Assembly: GCA_026399375.1 (NCBI GenBank) | Contig: JAPLRD010000317.1 | Span: 1-31,992 of the forward strand | Direction: 5' to 3' | Length of the DNA stretch: 31,992 nucleotides | From: Pseudomonadota bacterium | GTDB lineage: Bacteria > Pseudomonadota > Gammaproteobacteria > Burkholderiales > SG8-39 | In this document: positions 20,240 through 28,160 of the stretch, piece by piece | Position numbering within the stretch: the stretch's first letter is position 1 | How the letters are laid out: every line of letters starts with the position of its first letter | Translations under genes and position numbers: made by a program | Notes under the pieces: model-generated | Told to the model about the DNA's origin: nothing | Seen by the model: only the letters and a program-made list of their open reading frames with translations | Database searches by the model: none

Positions 20240-21484
20240 ATGGTTCGCATCATAAACCCGTGGCGCGCATTGGTCGTGGCGATGAGCGCGACGCTCCTCG
20301 CCGCCTGCGCCGTTCAACCTCCGGCGGCAAGCGTGATTGCCCCCATCGCCCAAAGCTGTCCTGCGCCTGCGCCCTGCCCAGCATGCCGCTCCTGCCCCGC
20401 AGCGACGCCGGAGGCGCCCAAGGCAAAAACGCTGGAAGCAGTGAGTTGGGCCGAAGTGTCCGGCTGGACCGACGACGATCCCCGCGCCGCATGGGATGCG
20501 TTTCTGCGCAGTTGCGGCCGTCTCAAGGCGCAGGCGTCGTGGCGCGAGAGCTGCGCCTTGGCCGGGGCGCTTCCTGCGGCAGGCTCGGTACGCGAGTTTT
20601 TCGAAAAGCACTTCCTGCCTTATCGCGTGGCCAACGCGGACGGCAGCGTGCAGGGCATCGCCACGGGCTACTACGAACCGCTGCTCGCCGGCAGCCGCCG
20701 CAAAGAGGGGCCCTACCGCTTTCCGCTTTATGCCGCGCCCGACGATCTGCTGATCGTCGAGCTGGGCGAGATCAACCCGGAACTGAAGCACATGCGTCTG
20801 CGCGGACGGCTGGACGGACGGCGCGTGGTGCCGTATTACCCGCGCGCCGAAATCGAACGCGGCCTGCCCGCCCTCACCGGCAAGGAATTGCTCTGGGTGG
20901 ACGACGCGGTCGACCTGTTCTTCCTGCAGATCCAGGGCTCCGGCCGGGTGCGCCTGCCGACGGGGGAACTGGTGCGCGTGGCCTACGCGGACCAGAACGG
21001 CCAGCCTTACAAGTCGATCGGCCGCTACCTCGTGGAACAAGGGGAACTGAAACTGGAACAGGCGTCCATGCAGGGCATCAAGGCCTGGGGCGCGGCCAAT
21101 CCGGAAAAGCTGGAGGCCTTGCTCAACCGCAATCCGAGCTATGTTTTCTTCCGCGAAACACAGGGCGCCGACGCCGGCAAGGACGGCACCAGCGGTCCTG
21201 CCGGTGCGCTCGGCGTGGCGCTCACGCCGGAACGCTCGATCGCGGTCGATCCGCGCCACATCCCCCTGGGCGCTCCGGTATTCATCGCCACCACCTGGCC
21301 CGACAGCATGCTGCCGCTGACGCGGCTGGTGCTGGCGCAGGACACCGGCGGCGCCATTCGCGGCGCCGTGCGCGCCGATTATTTCTGGGGTTTCGGGGAA
21401 GCCGCCGGCGCGCAGGCGGGGCGCATGCGCCAGAGCGCGAAAATGTGGGTGCTGCTGCCGCGGAATTTTCCGGCTCCGGATTGA
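20240..21484 (+). CDS. mltA: membrane-bound lytic murein transglycosylase A
   Basis: Lipoprotein signal (LLAAC), FFLQIQGSGRV and the QDTGGAIRG 3D-domain motif. The start was trimmed to ATG 20240. Confidence 0.88.
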   Translation: MVRIINPWRALVVAMSATLLAACAVQPPAASVIAPIAQSCPAPAPCPACRSCPAATPEAPKAKTLEAVSWAEVSGWTDDDPRAAWDAFLRSCGRLKAQASWRESCALAGALPAAGSVREFFEKHFLPYRVANADGSVQGIATGYYEPLLAGSRRKEGPYRFPLYAAPDDLLIVELGEINPELKHMRLRGRLDGRRVVPYYPRAEIERGLPALTGKELLWVDDAVDLFFLQIQGSGRVRLPTGELVRVAYADQNGQPYKSIGRYLVEQGELKLEQASMQGIKAWGAANPEKLEALLNRNPSYVFFRETQGADAGKDGTSGPAGALGVALTPERSIAVDPRHIPLGAPVFIATTWPDSMLPLTRLVLAQDTGGAIRGAVRADYFWGFGEAAGAQAGRMRQSAKMWVLLPRNFPAPD

Positions 21485-21587
21485 GAGCTGCAACGACGTG
21501 AAGGACATCCCCGGGGGGAGTTTCCTTCGGAGCGCTGCCCCTCGCCCCCTTTGTCGGCCGCAATAGTACGGCACTTACCGCCGATTT

Positions 21588-22322
21588 CTACTTGCTGTTT
21601 TCGGCGAGCAGCTTCTCGACCTGCTCCGCCGGAACGGCACCGGGAACGCGTTCGCCGTTGGTGAAAAAGAGCGTCGGCGTGCCGGTCACGCGGTACTTGC
21701 GCCCGAGTTCCAGCGTCCTCTCAATCGGCGTGTCGCAGCGCGCCGTCGCCGGAACCGTTCCATTGAGCATCAGATCATTCCAGGCCTTGGACTTGTCGGC
21801 CGAGCACCACACGCCCTTGGTCTTGTCGAGAGAATCCTGCGACAGGATGGGATACAGAAACGTGTAGATGGTGATGTTGTCGACCTTGGCCAGGTCCTTT
21901 TCGAAGCGCTTGCAGTAAGGGCAGTTGGGGTCGGAAAACACGGCCACCATGCGCTTGCCGGTGCCGCGCACGGTCTTCACCGCGGTATCGAGCGGAAGAT
22001 CGCCCCACTTGATGCTGGACAGGTCACGCAGCCGTTTCTCCGTCAGGTTCTGCATGTTCTTGCCGTCGATGATGTTGCCGCTGAAAATGTAGTTCATCTT
22101 CTCGTCGGTGTAGATGATCTCGCTTTCCATGCGCACTTCGTACAGACCGAGATAGGGCGTTTTCGCGACCGCATCGACCTTGACCCCCCCGAACCGGCCT
22201 TCGAGGGTGCGCTTGATGATGGCCTCGGTGGTGAGCTTGCCTGCGGGATCGGGGGCCTGCGCCAGCGCCGGCAACGGGGCGGACAGCATGAGCAGGGCGA
22301 GGACAACGAGGCGTTTCAACAT
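21588..22322 (-). CDS. dsbC: thiol:disulfide interchange protein DsbC
   Basis: Signal peptide, N-terminal dimerisation domain, CPYC active site and the GTPT cis-Pro loop. Confidence 0.85.
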   Translation of the reverse strand: MLKRLVVLALLMLSAPLPALAQAPDPAGKLTTEAIIKRTLEGRFGGVKVDAVAKTPYLGLYEVRMESEIIYTDEKMNYIFSGNIIDGKNMQNLTEKRLRDLSSIKWGDLPLDTAVKTVRGTGKRMVAVFSDPNCPYCKRFEKDLAKVDNITIYTFLYPILSQDSLDKTKGVWCSADKSKAWNDLMLNGTVPATARCDTPIERTLELGRKYRVTGTPTLFFTNGERVPGAVPAEQVEKLLAENSK

Positions 22323-22341
22323 TATTTTCCTTTATCGGGGG

Positions 22342-23502
22342 TCAACCCAGGGCACGGCGGACGAGCAGGTTCTTTAGGACCGGCAGGGCGTTGGTTAAGT
22401 TCAATCCGGTATTGCGCAATTTCCCCACTGCACCGCCATGTGCGGCAAACAGCTTGTGCAGCCCGTCGGTCACCCAGGCAAGGGCGAGTATATCTTCGGC
22501 GCGTGCGCGCTCATAGCGGCGCAGCAGGCGAATTTCACCCGGATCGCGGAATAGTTCACGCTGCAGCAGCACGCGGGCCAGCACCGCCGCGTCGCCGAAG
22601 CCCAGGTTGACTCCCTGCCCGGCCAGCGGATGCAGCACATGGCCGGCATCGCCGATCAGGGCGATGCGCGGCGCGACCAGGCGCGCGGCATGCTGCCGGG
22701 TAAGGGGGAACTGCGCCGCGGGCGTGAGCAATTCGAGCTTGCCCAGCGTGCCCTTGCCCGCCTCTTCCACCCGCGCGCAGAACTCATCCGGGGACAGCTC
22801 CAGAAGCGCGGCGGCGTGTTCGTCCGGCGTCGACCAGACGATGGACATGCGCCTCCCCGGCAACGGCAGGTAGGCGAGCACGCCGTCGTCGCGAAACCAC
22901 TGGTAAGCCGTGTCGTGATGCTCTTTGGCGCAGGTGAAATTCGCCACCACGCCCATCTGGCCGTAAGGCTTGTCCTGCGCGGCGATGCCCGCGGCCTGCC
23001 GCACCCAGGAATGCCTGCCGTCGGCTGCGACCAGCAGTTTTGCGCGCAACGCTCTGCCACCGGCCAGCGTGACTTCGGCCGCGTCATCGCCCAACACCAC
23101 CGATTCACATCGATCCGGACAAAGGAGTTCGAGGTTGTGCTGATGCTCGAGGGCCAGCCAAAGCACGGATTGCAGACGGCGGCTCTCCACCGTCCACGCC
23201 AGTTCGGACACGCCCGACTCGTAGGCCGAAAGCTGCAACTGTGCGCCGGCGCTATCGCCATACACCTGCATCTCATGCACCGGATTCAGACGCGCGCGAT
23301 CCAGGCGCGTCCACGCCCCCAAACCGTCCAGAAACGCGACGCTGGCCGGGCTGATCGCATAGACGCGGCTGTCCCAGCCGTGGTCCACCGGAGCGGGCGA
23401 ATGCGCCTCTACCAGGGCGAGCTTCAGCCCTGCGCCGCGCAAGGCCATGGCGAAGCTCGCGCCCACCAAGCCTGCGCCGACAATGACGATATCGAAGTCC
23501 AT
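22342..23502 (-). CDS. UbiH/UbiF/VisC/Coq6 family FAD-dependent ubiquinone hydroxylase
   Basis: MDFDIVIVGAGLVGASFA GxGxxG N-terminus and the LIGDAGHVLHPLAGQGVNLG motif. The start was trimmed to 23502. Confidence 0.85.
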   Translation of the reverse strand: MDFDIVIVGAGLVGASFAMALRGAGLKLALVEAHSPAPVDHGWDSRVYAISPASVAFLDGLGAWTRLDRARLNPVHEMQVYGDSAGAQLQLSAYESGVSELAWTVESRRLQSVLWLALEHQHNLELLCPDRCESVVLGDDAAEVTLAGGRALRAKLLVAADGRHSWVRQAAGIAAQDKPYGQMGVVANFTCAKEHHDTAYQWFRDDGVLAYLPLPGRRMSIVWSTPDEHAAALLELSPDEFCARVEEAGKGTLGKLELLTPAAQFPLTRQHAARLVAPRIALIGDAGHVLHPLAGQGVNLGFGDAAVLARVLLQRELFRDPGEIRLLRRYERARAEDILALAWVTDGLHKLFAAHGGAVGKLRNTGLNLTNALPVLKNLLVRRALG

Positions 23503-23712
23503 TGGGGGAATTCTAATCGCAAAGCCGGGGCCGAAGCGCACGCGACTCCCGGAGGCCGCGGGCACTGGGTCGTTCGGCCAGCCTCTGGCGCCCAGCTCTG
23601 GAATACGTCCTCCGGACGATTTCTTCCTGAATTCAGTCGCATAGAGCGCAGGCTCGCGCACGTTCGCTTGACAGCAGCGGCAGCACGCGAGGATAATCCG
23701 CGCCTTCGCTTG

Positions 23713-23788
23713 GCGAATTAGCTCAGCCGGTTAGAGCGACGGAATCATAATCCGCAGGTCCCCCGTTCGAATCGGGGATTCGCCACCA
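23713..23788 (+). tRNA. tRNA with anticodon CAT (Met, or Ile2 if lysidine-modified)
   Basis: A hand-folded cloverleaf fits: acceptor GGCGAAT/ATTCGCC, D stem GCTC/GAGC, anticodon loop ATCATAA, T arm CCCCG-TTCGAAT-CGGGG and an encoded CCA. Confidence 0.85.
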
Positions 23789-23792
23789 TTTC

Positions 23793-23836
23793 AATGTCCA
23801 ATCAATGACTTACATTGATTGGACATTTTCTTTTCT
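23793..23836 (+). terminator. rho-independent terminator of the tRNA, supplied by island DNA
   Basis: AATGTCCAATCAAT, a 7-nt loop, ATTGATTGGACATT, followed by TTCTTTTCT. Confidence 0.75.
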
Positions 23837-23838
23837 GG

Positions 23839-23856
23839 TGCACAAACGTTGCACAA
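23839..23856 (+). repeat. two TGCACAA direct repeats with 11-bp phasing (candidate arm-type or operator sites)
   Basis: TGCACAAacgtTGCACAA, between the tRNA terminator and the integrase gene. Confidence 0.5.
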
Positions 23857-23950
23857 TTCACCTGATTTCCCCATAGAGGAAAGGGTTGAAATAGAATCCA
23901 TTCCGTCAGGGAATGATCCAAATCTACGAAATATATTGCGTGGTCTGATC

Positions 23951-25203
23951 ATGCAATTGTTTGACTCGATGCCGATGGAGCAAACCGTGCCAACCGAAAA
24001 GACCAAGAAGATTCGAGACGGTGAAGTGGTCTTGTATCAACGTCCAGGTAGCAACAGGTGGCAAGCAAGATACAAATTGCCGGACGGACGTTGGCATCGG
24101 ATTTCGACCAAACGTGCCAATTTCACGGATGCAAGACGAATTGCCGGTGAGCAATATGACAAAGCACGGTTTCGGAAAAGTGAAGGATTGGTCGTCGTCT
24201 CAAAACGATTCCGTGACGTTGCCAAACAAACTGCCAAGAACCTTCAAGAACGACTCGATGCCGGTGAAGGTAAGGTGTCATTCAAGGATTACATTCAAGC
24301 AATCAACAATCACCTAATCCCTTTTTTCGGTAAGAAGCATATAGACAAAATCAGCATTAACGACATGCGGGAATTCGACGCATGGAGAATCAAGCAATTG
24401 GGTAAGAAACCTGCCGCATCCACGATCATGAATCACAACTCGGCATTGCAACGGGTATTTGACACAGCAATGCAGCAAGGTTGGATATCACAGGCAAACG
24501 TTCCGTTACTGAAAAACAAAGGGGTCAAAGCAAAACGTCGACCTGCATTCACCATGGAGGAATGGAAACGCATAACCGCCAACCTTCGGCACTGGGTCAA
24601 CAAGGGTAAGACCAAGTTGATCCGCAGTATGCGTGAATTGATGCAAGACTATGTACTGATCCTGTCAAACACGGGTATTAGACCAGGGAAGGAGGCGAAT
24701 GCGATTTGCTGGAAGCACATTCGTTGGCAAAAAGATGGAGCAAACGAACCGTATTTGGTAATTTCGGTGAGTGGCAAAACGGGAGAACGCAATTTGATTG
24801 CACGGCATGGATGCGATGTATTTCTAAGACGCATCCAAATGCGATTTCCCGAACTTAACAAAATGTCATTCGACGAACTGCTACAAGCAAAACGGGAAGA
24901 ATTCGTGTTCCGGCGTCGTGATGGCAAACGGACAGAAAACCTCTCACATACGTTTAGTGACTTTTTGACTGAGCACAATTTACTGAAAGATTCACAAGGA
25001 CACATCAGATCGCTATATTCGTTACGACATATGTATGCGACCTTTCGACTCGTCCTGGACAAAGTTCCCATCCATTCACTGGCACGTCAAATGGGTACAT
25101 CAATTCAAATGCTTGAAAACATTATTCACACCTTGAACCGATGATGGTTGCTGATCTGTTTACCGGCAAGAAATACGAAAAGAAAGATCCACAACAACAG
25201 TAG
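23951..25203 (+). pseudogene. int: tyrosine integrase, frameshifted just before the catalytic Tyr
   Basis: The in-frame ORF ends ...MLENIIHTLNR* at 25144. The -1 frame from 25120 reads HYSHLEPMMVADLFTGKKYEKKDPQQQ* and ends at 25203. Adding one A to the run 25116-25119 restores LEKHYSHL. The start is uncertain (ATG 23951 or 23969). Confidence 0.75.
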
Positions 25204-25303
25204 ACACATAGATTGCATTCATAACAGTAGAAATGCTTCCGTATATCCACTATTGACGGTATTTTCAACGATAGTGACTGCTAACTCCAAAAGCAAGGTA
25301 TTT

Positions 25304-25332
25304 TTGACGAAAATTCACATTTTCCTTATACT
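25304..25332 (+). promoter_or_regulatory. near-consensus sigma70 promoter
   Basis: TTGACG, a 17-nt spacer and TATACT, reading toward the HUH-motif gene. Confidence 0.6.
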
Positions 25333-25360
25333 ATTCATATGGTTAAAGTATAAATAACAC

Positions 25361-25557
25361 CAGTAGTGTCCGGTTAAATCAGATTCAGTGACTAGAAAAA
25401 CGTTTACTTTCGAAGGCTTACATCGCTATTTGTGTGGTGCCGATTTGAACGCAAGACATCAAACCGCATGCCTAGAAATCAAGAGCTTAGACTCGATAAA
25501 TAATCAAGAGCTTAGACTCGATAAATTCGCGATTTTGAATTTAACCGGACACTACTG
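25361..25557. mobile_element. 197-bp MITE-like element
   Basis: The 19-bp terminal inverted repeats are perfect: CAGTAGTGTCCGGTTAAAT (25361-25379) and ATTTAACCGGACACTACTG (25539-25557). They are flanked by 9-bp direct repeats AAATAACAC at 25352-25360 and 25558-25566. There is no internal ORF. Confidence 0.7.
25477..25526 (+). repeat. perfect 2 x 25-bp tandem repeat inside the MITE-like element
   Basis: AATCAAGAGCTTAGACTCGATAAAT occurs twice, head to tail. Confidence 0.9.
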
Positions 25558-25594
25558 AAATAACACATATGTATACAGTAAGGAGGAGTGGAAT

Positions 25595-26119
25595 GTGCAG
25601 TTTCTTGATCGGCAGCAGATAACAGACCTATGGACCGATGATTTCGATGGTCTTAACGACGGTTATTGGATCACCTTGAATAGCAAAAATCGGGTGAAGA
25701 ATTTTACGGACCCACTGGTCAAATACAAACTCTCCAATTTGGCAGTGCAAGTCGGGAAGTACGTAATGCAGTTAAATGAATACTGCTACCGACGACAATA
25801 CCTAAAACGAAGACCGGGTGCTGAACTGAGATGCTTGGTCGGGTATGAGATCGGCGACAAGGATGATCCGAATAGGGATGGACAAATGCTTCATGCGCAT
25901 ATCGTAGCAGCACATGATGGCAGCACGAATAGAACCGTTTCAGATGTCGAAAGAATTACAAGGACAAAATGGTCCAAGTTTCAGAAATTTGCACCTGACG
26001 GCAATTTTATTCATGTGGAAGACTTGGACAATGTCCGAGATCGTGTTTGGTATATATCCAAGCAAGCAGTAGCATTTCAACGTTGGCATGGTGGTGAATT
26101 GAATGTAATGCTCACATAA
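25595..26119 (+). CDS. small HUH-motif Rep-like protein (possibly YagK/YfjJ or inovirus Gp2-like)
   Basis: 174 aa. GTG start 6 nt after AAGGAGGAG. Ordered motifs are YWITLN (24-29), LHAHIVAA (H100-A-H102) and WYISKQ (Y153). Family assignment rests on motif pattern only. Confidence 0.5.
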   Translation: MQFLDRQQITDLWTDDFDGLNDGYWITLNSKNRVKNFTDPLVKYKLSNLAVQVGKYVMQLNEYCYRRQYLKRRPGAELRCLVGYEIGDKDDPNRDGQMLHAHIVAAHDGSTNRTVSDVERITRTKWSKFQKFAPDGNFIHVEDLDNVRDRVWYISKQAVAFQRWHGGELNVMLT

Positions 26120-26458
26120 GAGCATTTGTGAAAGGTTTGCGAGTTAAAAAAAGGTCATGGCATGTCAAGAGACATGCTGCGTTGTATGACTGATCCCCTA
26201 TCGGCATATTGGCAATATGCAATAGCAGGTCGGCAACCACTTCGTAATGGGACAATTCGGACTGATTCACTTACACGGGATATTGAGGGTGTAGGGTTTT
26301 CTTTTGTCTAAAATAATCATTCCAATGATGTGAACACAGATAAATACAATAACAACACAGAATAAAGTGACGGATTTTGTGGAGTCTGTTTCGAGCGATC
26401 TTGTCACCAATCCAGCATCAATAGAATCAAGACAAGAACTAAAAAAGGAGAAGAACAT

Positions 26459-26638
26459 ATGTTGCCAATGAAATTTACGACCGTTGAAGGTTTAATTAAG
26501 GAATTAACGAGTTCATCAATAAAGCAAATCTATGCCGGGACGATAGAAACGGTCGACGATGTTGAAGAGATTTATCGGTCTACCAAGACGATATTGAGAA
26601 AAGATAAATTGCTTCAAGTCTTGCTAATCGCCGTTTAG
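26459..26638 (+). CDS. 59-aa hypothetical protein (below the ORF-track cutoff)
   Basis: ATG preceded by AAGGAG. My own translation gives MLPMKFTTVEGLIKELTSSSIKQIYAGTIETVDDVEEIYRSTKTILRKDKLLQVLLIAV. The next gene starts 12 nt downstream. Confidence 0.45.
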   Translation: MLPMKFTTVEGLIKELTSSSIKQIYAGTIETVDDVEEIYRSTKTILRKDKLLQVLLIAV

Positions 26639-26650
26639 GAGTTCAGCACG

Positions 26651-26812
26651 ATGAAAAGAATGATCCACAACCACATGACATCATTGAGACTCCCGAAACA
26701 CTGGCATGCGTTCATTGCGCAGTTTGCGGACCGATGGGACTGTACTCCGGCATATGTATATCGCACAGCAATACGGGAATTCATCAAGCAGAAGCAACCA
26801 TCACAGGGATAA
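26651..26812 (+). CDS. 53-aa ribbon-helix-helix-like DNA-binding protein (below the ORF-track cutoff)
   Basis: My own translation gives MKRMIHNHMTSLRLPKHWHAFIAQFADRWDCTPAYVYRTAIREFIKQKQPSQG. An N-terminal beta-strand (TSLRLP) followed by two helices fits a CopG/Arc-like layout. GGAG lies upstream. Confidence 0.45.
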   Translation: MKRMIHNHMTSLRLPKHWHAFIAQFADRWDCTPAYVYRTAIREFIKQKQPSQG

Positions 26813-26890
26813 CAGAAGGGAATTGACCGTCGCAGACGGTCAACAGGACAAAATCCTGCTCAGAAGAACAATAACAAAGGGAGAGACGAA

Positions 26891-27181
26891 ATGACCAGTT
26901 CAACCAAATCAGCAGCAGCAAGCAATGCTACAAATGGGTCAATGCACGTTGATTACGATATCGGGGAATGGATAGTTACAACTGATAACGGGAAACACGC
27001 AATATTGATCGTGACCGACATCGATGAATTCTGCGACACAATCAAGGAAGCAAAAAGCGACAAAACTCTGAAATCATTGCGTCAGACCTTCGAACGTTCT
27101 CTCAACTTTATTGAATTCGGACCAGTGCAAATACTGAAAGGTGGCATGGTCAAATGGAAGGGTGGAGATTTTGTCGAATGA
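26891..27181 (+). CDS. hypothetical acidic 96-aa protein
   Basis: ORF with GGGAGAG upstream. I recognise no motif. Confidence 0.5.
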   Translation: MTSSTKSAAASNATNGSMHVDYDIGEWIVTTDNGKHAILIVTDIDEFCDTIKEAKSDKTLKSLRQTFERSLNFIEFGPVQILKGGMVKWKGGDFVE

Positions 27182-27186
27182 CGTAT

Positions 27187-27756
27187 TCAAAGAAGATTGA
27201 CAGCAGATTTCATCATTTCATCGTTGAGATCAATGTAACGTTGTGTTGTGCTCATGTTTTGATGTCCAGCTAATGCCATCAGCACACGAACACCGACTCC
27301 CTTGTTTGCCAATGTGGTAATGAATGTCCGCCGACCAGAATGACTGGTCGCACCATCCAACCCGGCACGACCATACAATCGACCGAATTGCTGACAGAGG
27401 GTGTTGGCATTGAATCCAGATCGTTGCCGTTGCGAATAGAAAAACGGTCGATCAGGGTCAAGGCATTTCAAAGAATCGACATACACAGACAATTCACGAC
27501 GCAATCGGTCACCAAGTAAAACGGTTCGACCTTTGTTTCCTTTTGTTTGGTCAGCAGTCAATCGGATTTCATCTTTGATTGACCTGTCAGCATTGATTAC
27601 GTCACCAATGTGCAATGCGGCAATTTCACCAACCCGCATTCCAGACCAATATGACATCAACAGCATTGCTCTGTCGCGTGCTGCATATCGACCTTGTGCG
27701 GCAATTGCAATTGCGATCTTCAATTCCTTATCTGACAATGTTTTTGCCTGTGCCAT
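27187..27756 (-). CDS. catalytic-domain-only tyrosine recombinase (FimB/FimE-like size and layout)
   Basis: 189 aa. Catalytic residues appear complete: R in SGMRVGE, HxxR in HSGRRT, and H...Y in GHQNMSTTQRY. There is no N-terminal arm or core-binding domain. GGAGATGG lies upstream of the ATG. Confidence 0.8.
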   Translation of the reverse strand: MAQAKTLSDKELKIAIAIAAQGRYAARDRAMLLMSYWSGMRVGEIAALHIGDVINADRSIKDEIRLTADQTKGNKGRTVLLGDRLRRELSVYVDSLKCLDPDRPFFYSQRQRSGFNANTLCQQFGRLYGRAGLDGATSHSGRRTFITTLANKGVGVRVLMALAGHQNMSTTQRYIDLNDEMMKSAVNLL

Positions 27757-27791
27757 GTTCCATCTCCATATGTAATGATTTCAATGGAATC

Positions 27792-27820
27792 ATGATCAGT
27801 TTCAACATCATTGCTGTCAA
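27792..27820 (-). promoter_or_regulatory. candidate sigma70 promoter of the short recombinase
   Basis: The minus strand reads TTGACA, a 17-nt spacer and GATCAT, about 35 nt upstream of the ATG. Confidence 0.45.
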
Positions 27821-28160
27821 TCAAAGGATGCCCAGAGCAAGGACAGTGGTGCAGCAATGGGTTACAAGGTCATGTCATGTTCTATGTAAAACATGACATT
27901 AGGCAAAGGAATCGCAAAATCTTCGGTCGGCATCTATTACTTCGACGGCGAGAGACCATCGAAAACTGAACAATACTTTTCCATGATAACTTGACCTATA
28001 TCAAACCCTTATCCCTGGAAATTAGAACAATGAAGCACGCTCGGGGGTGTCACTAGGTGCTCTGCCACCTGCACACGAATAAAGAAACAAATGACGCTCG
28101 GAACGCCTGTGAACTACGACATGGCATAGGCAACTTATCATTCTAAACGGGGATATAAAA

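Noticed and set aside
302-23721. Many long ORFs overlapping or antisense to the called core genes. Examples are 302-1624(+), 1700-3466(+), 4594-5748(+), 4670-5788(-), 5749-6690(+), 8193-9611(+), 12965-14179(+), 13386-14927(-), 15200-16501(+), 15237-16349(-), 16523-17668(-), 18199-19368(-), 19522-21501(+), 20054-21574(-) and 22630-23721(+).
   Set aside because: These are typical shadow ORFs of high-GC DNA. Their translations are Arg/Ala/Gly/Pro-rich and low in complexity with no family motifs. Each overlaps a gene with an unambiguous conserved product in another frame.
23819-23950. The upstream 44 codons of the integrase ORF in the track (MDIFFSGAQT...).
   Set aside because: That start lies inside the tRNA terminator hairpin, and the region carries the phased TGCACAA repeats. 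The paralogous integrase aligns only from about residue 60 onward. ATG 23951 or 23969 is more plausible.
25361-25557. The 19-bp inverted repeats as the boundaries of an invertible promoter served by the nearby short recombinase.
   Set aside because: The identical 9-bp direct repeats immediately outside the inverted repeats are better explained by a transposition target duplication. A near-consensus promoter also lies outside the segment, not inside it. This reading is kept only as the alternative hypothesis under the MITE finding.
26267-26458. The 63-aa minus-strand ORF with a hydrophobic segment.
   Set aside because: Its start codon would sit on top of the AAGGAG RBS and ATG of the plus-strand 59-aa gene. 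It has no SD of its own, and AT-rich DNA easily yields such ORFs. It cannot be excluded without expression data.
26651-27181. The RHH-like 53-aa gene plus the 96-aa gene as a type II toxin-antitoxin pair.
   Set aside because: A 78-nt gap separates them rather than tight coupling. The 96-aa protein is acidic and shows no RelE/ParE/MazF-like motifs.
27983-28141. The 11/13 imperfect inverted repeat bracketing 133 bp upstream of the lipoprotein gene, as a defined fimS-like switch.
   Set aside because: A match of this quality is expected by chance in AT-rich DNA. I could find no convincing -35/-10 pair inside the segment in either orientation. It is mentioned only as a candidate to test under the recombinase finding.
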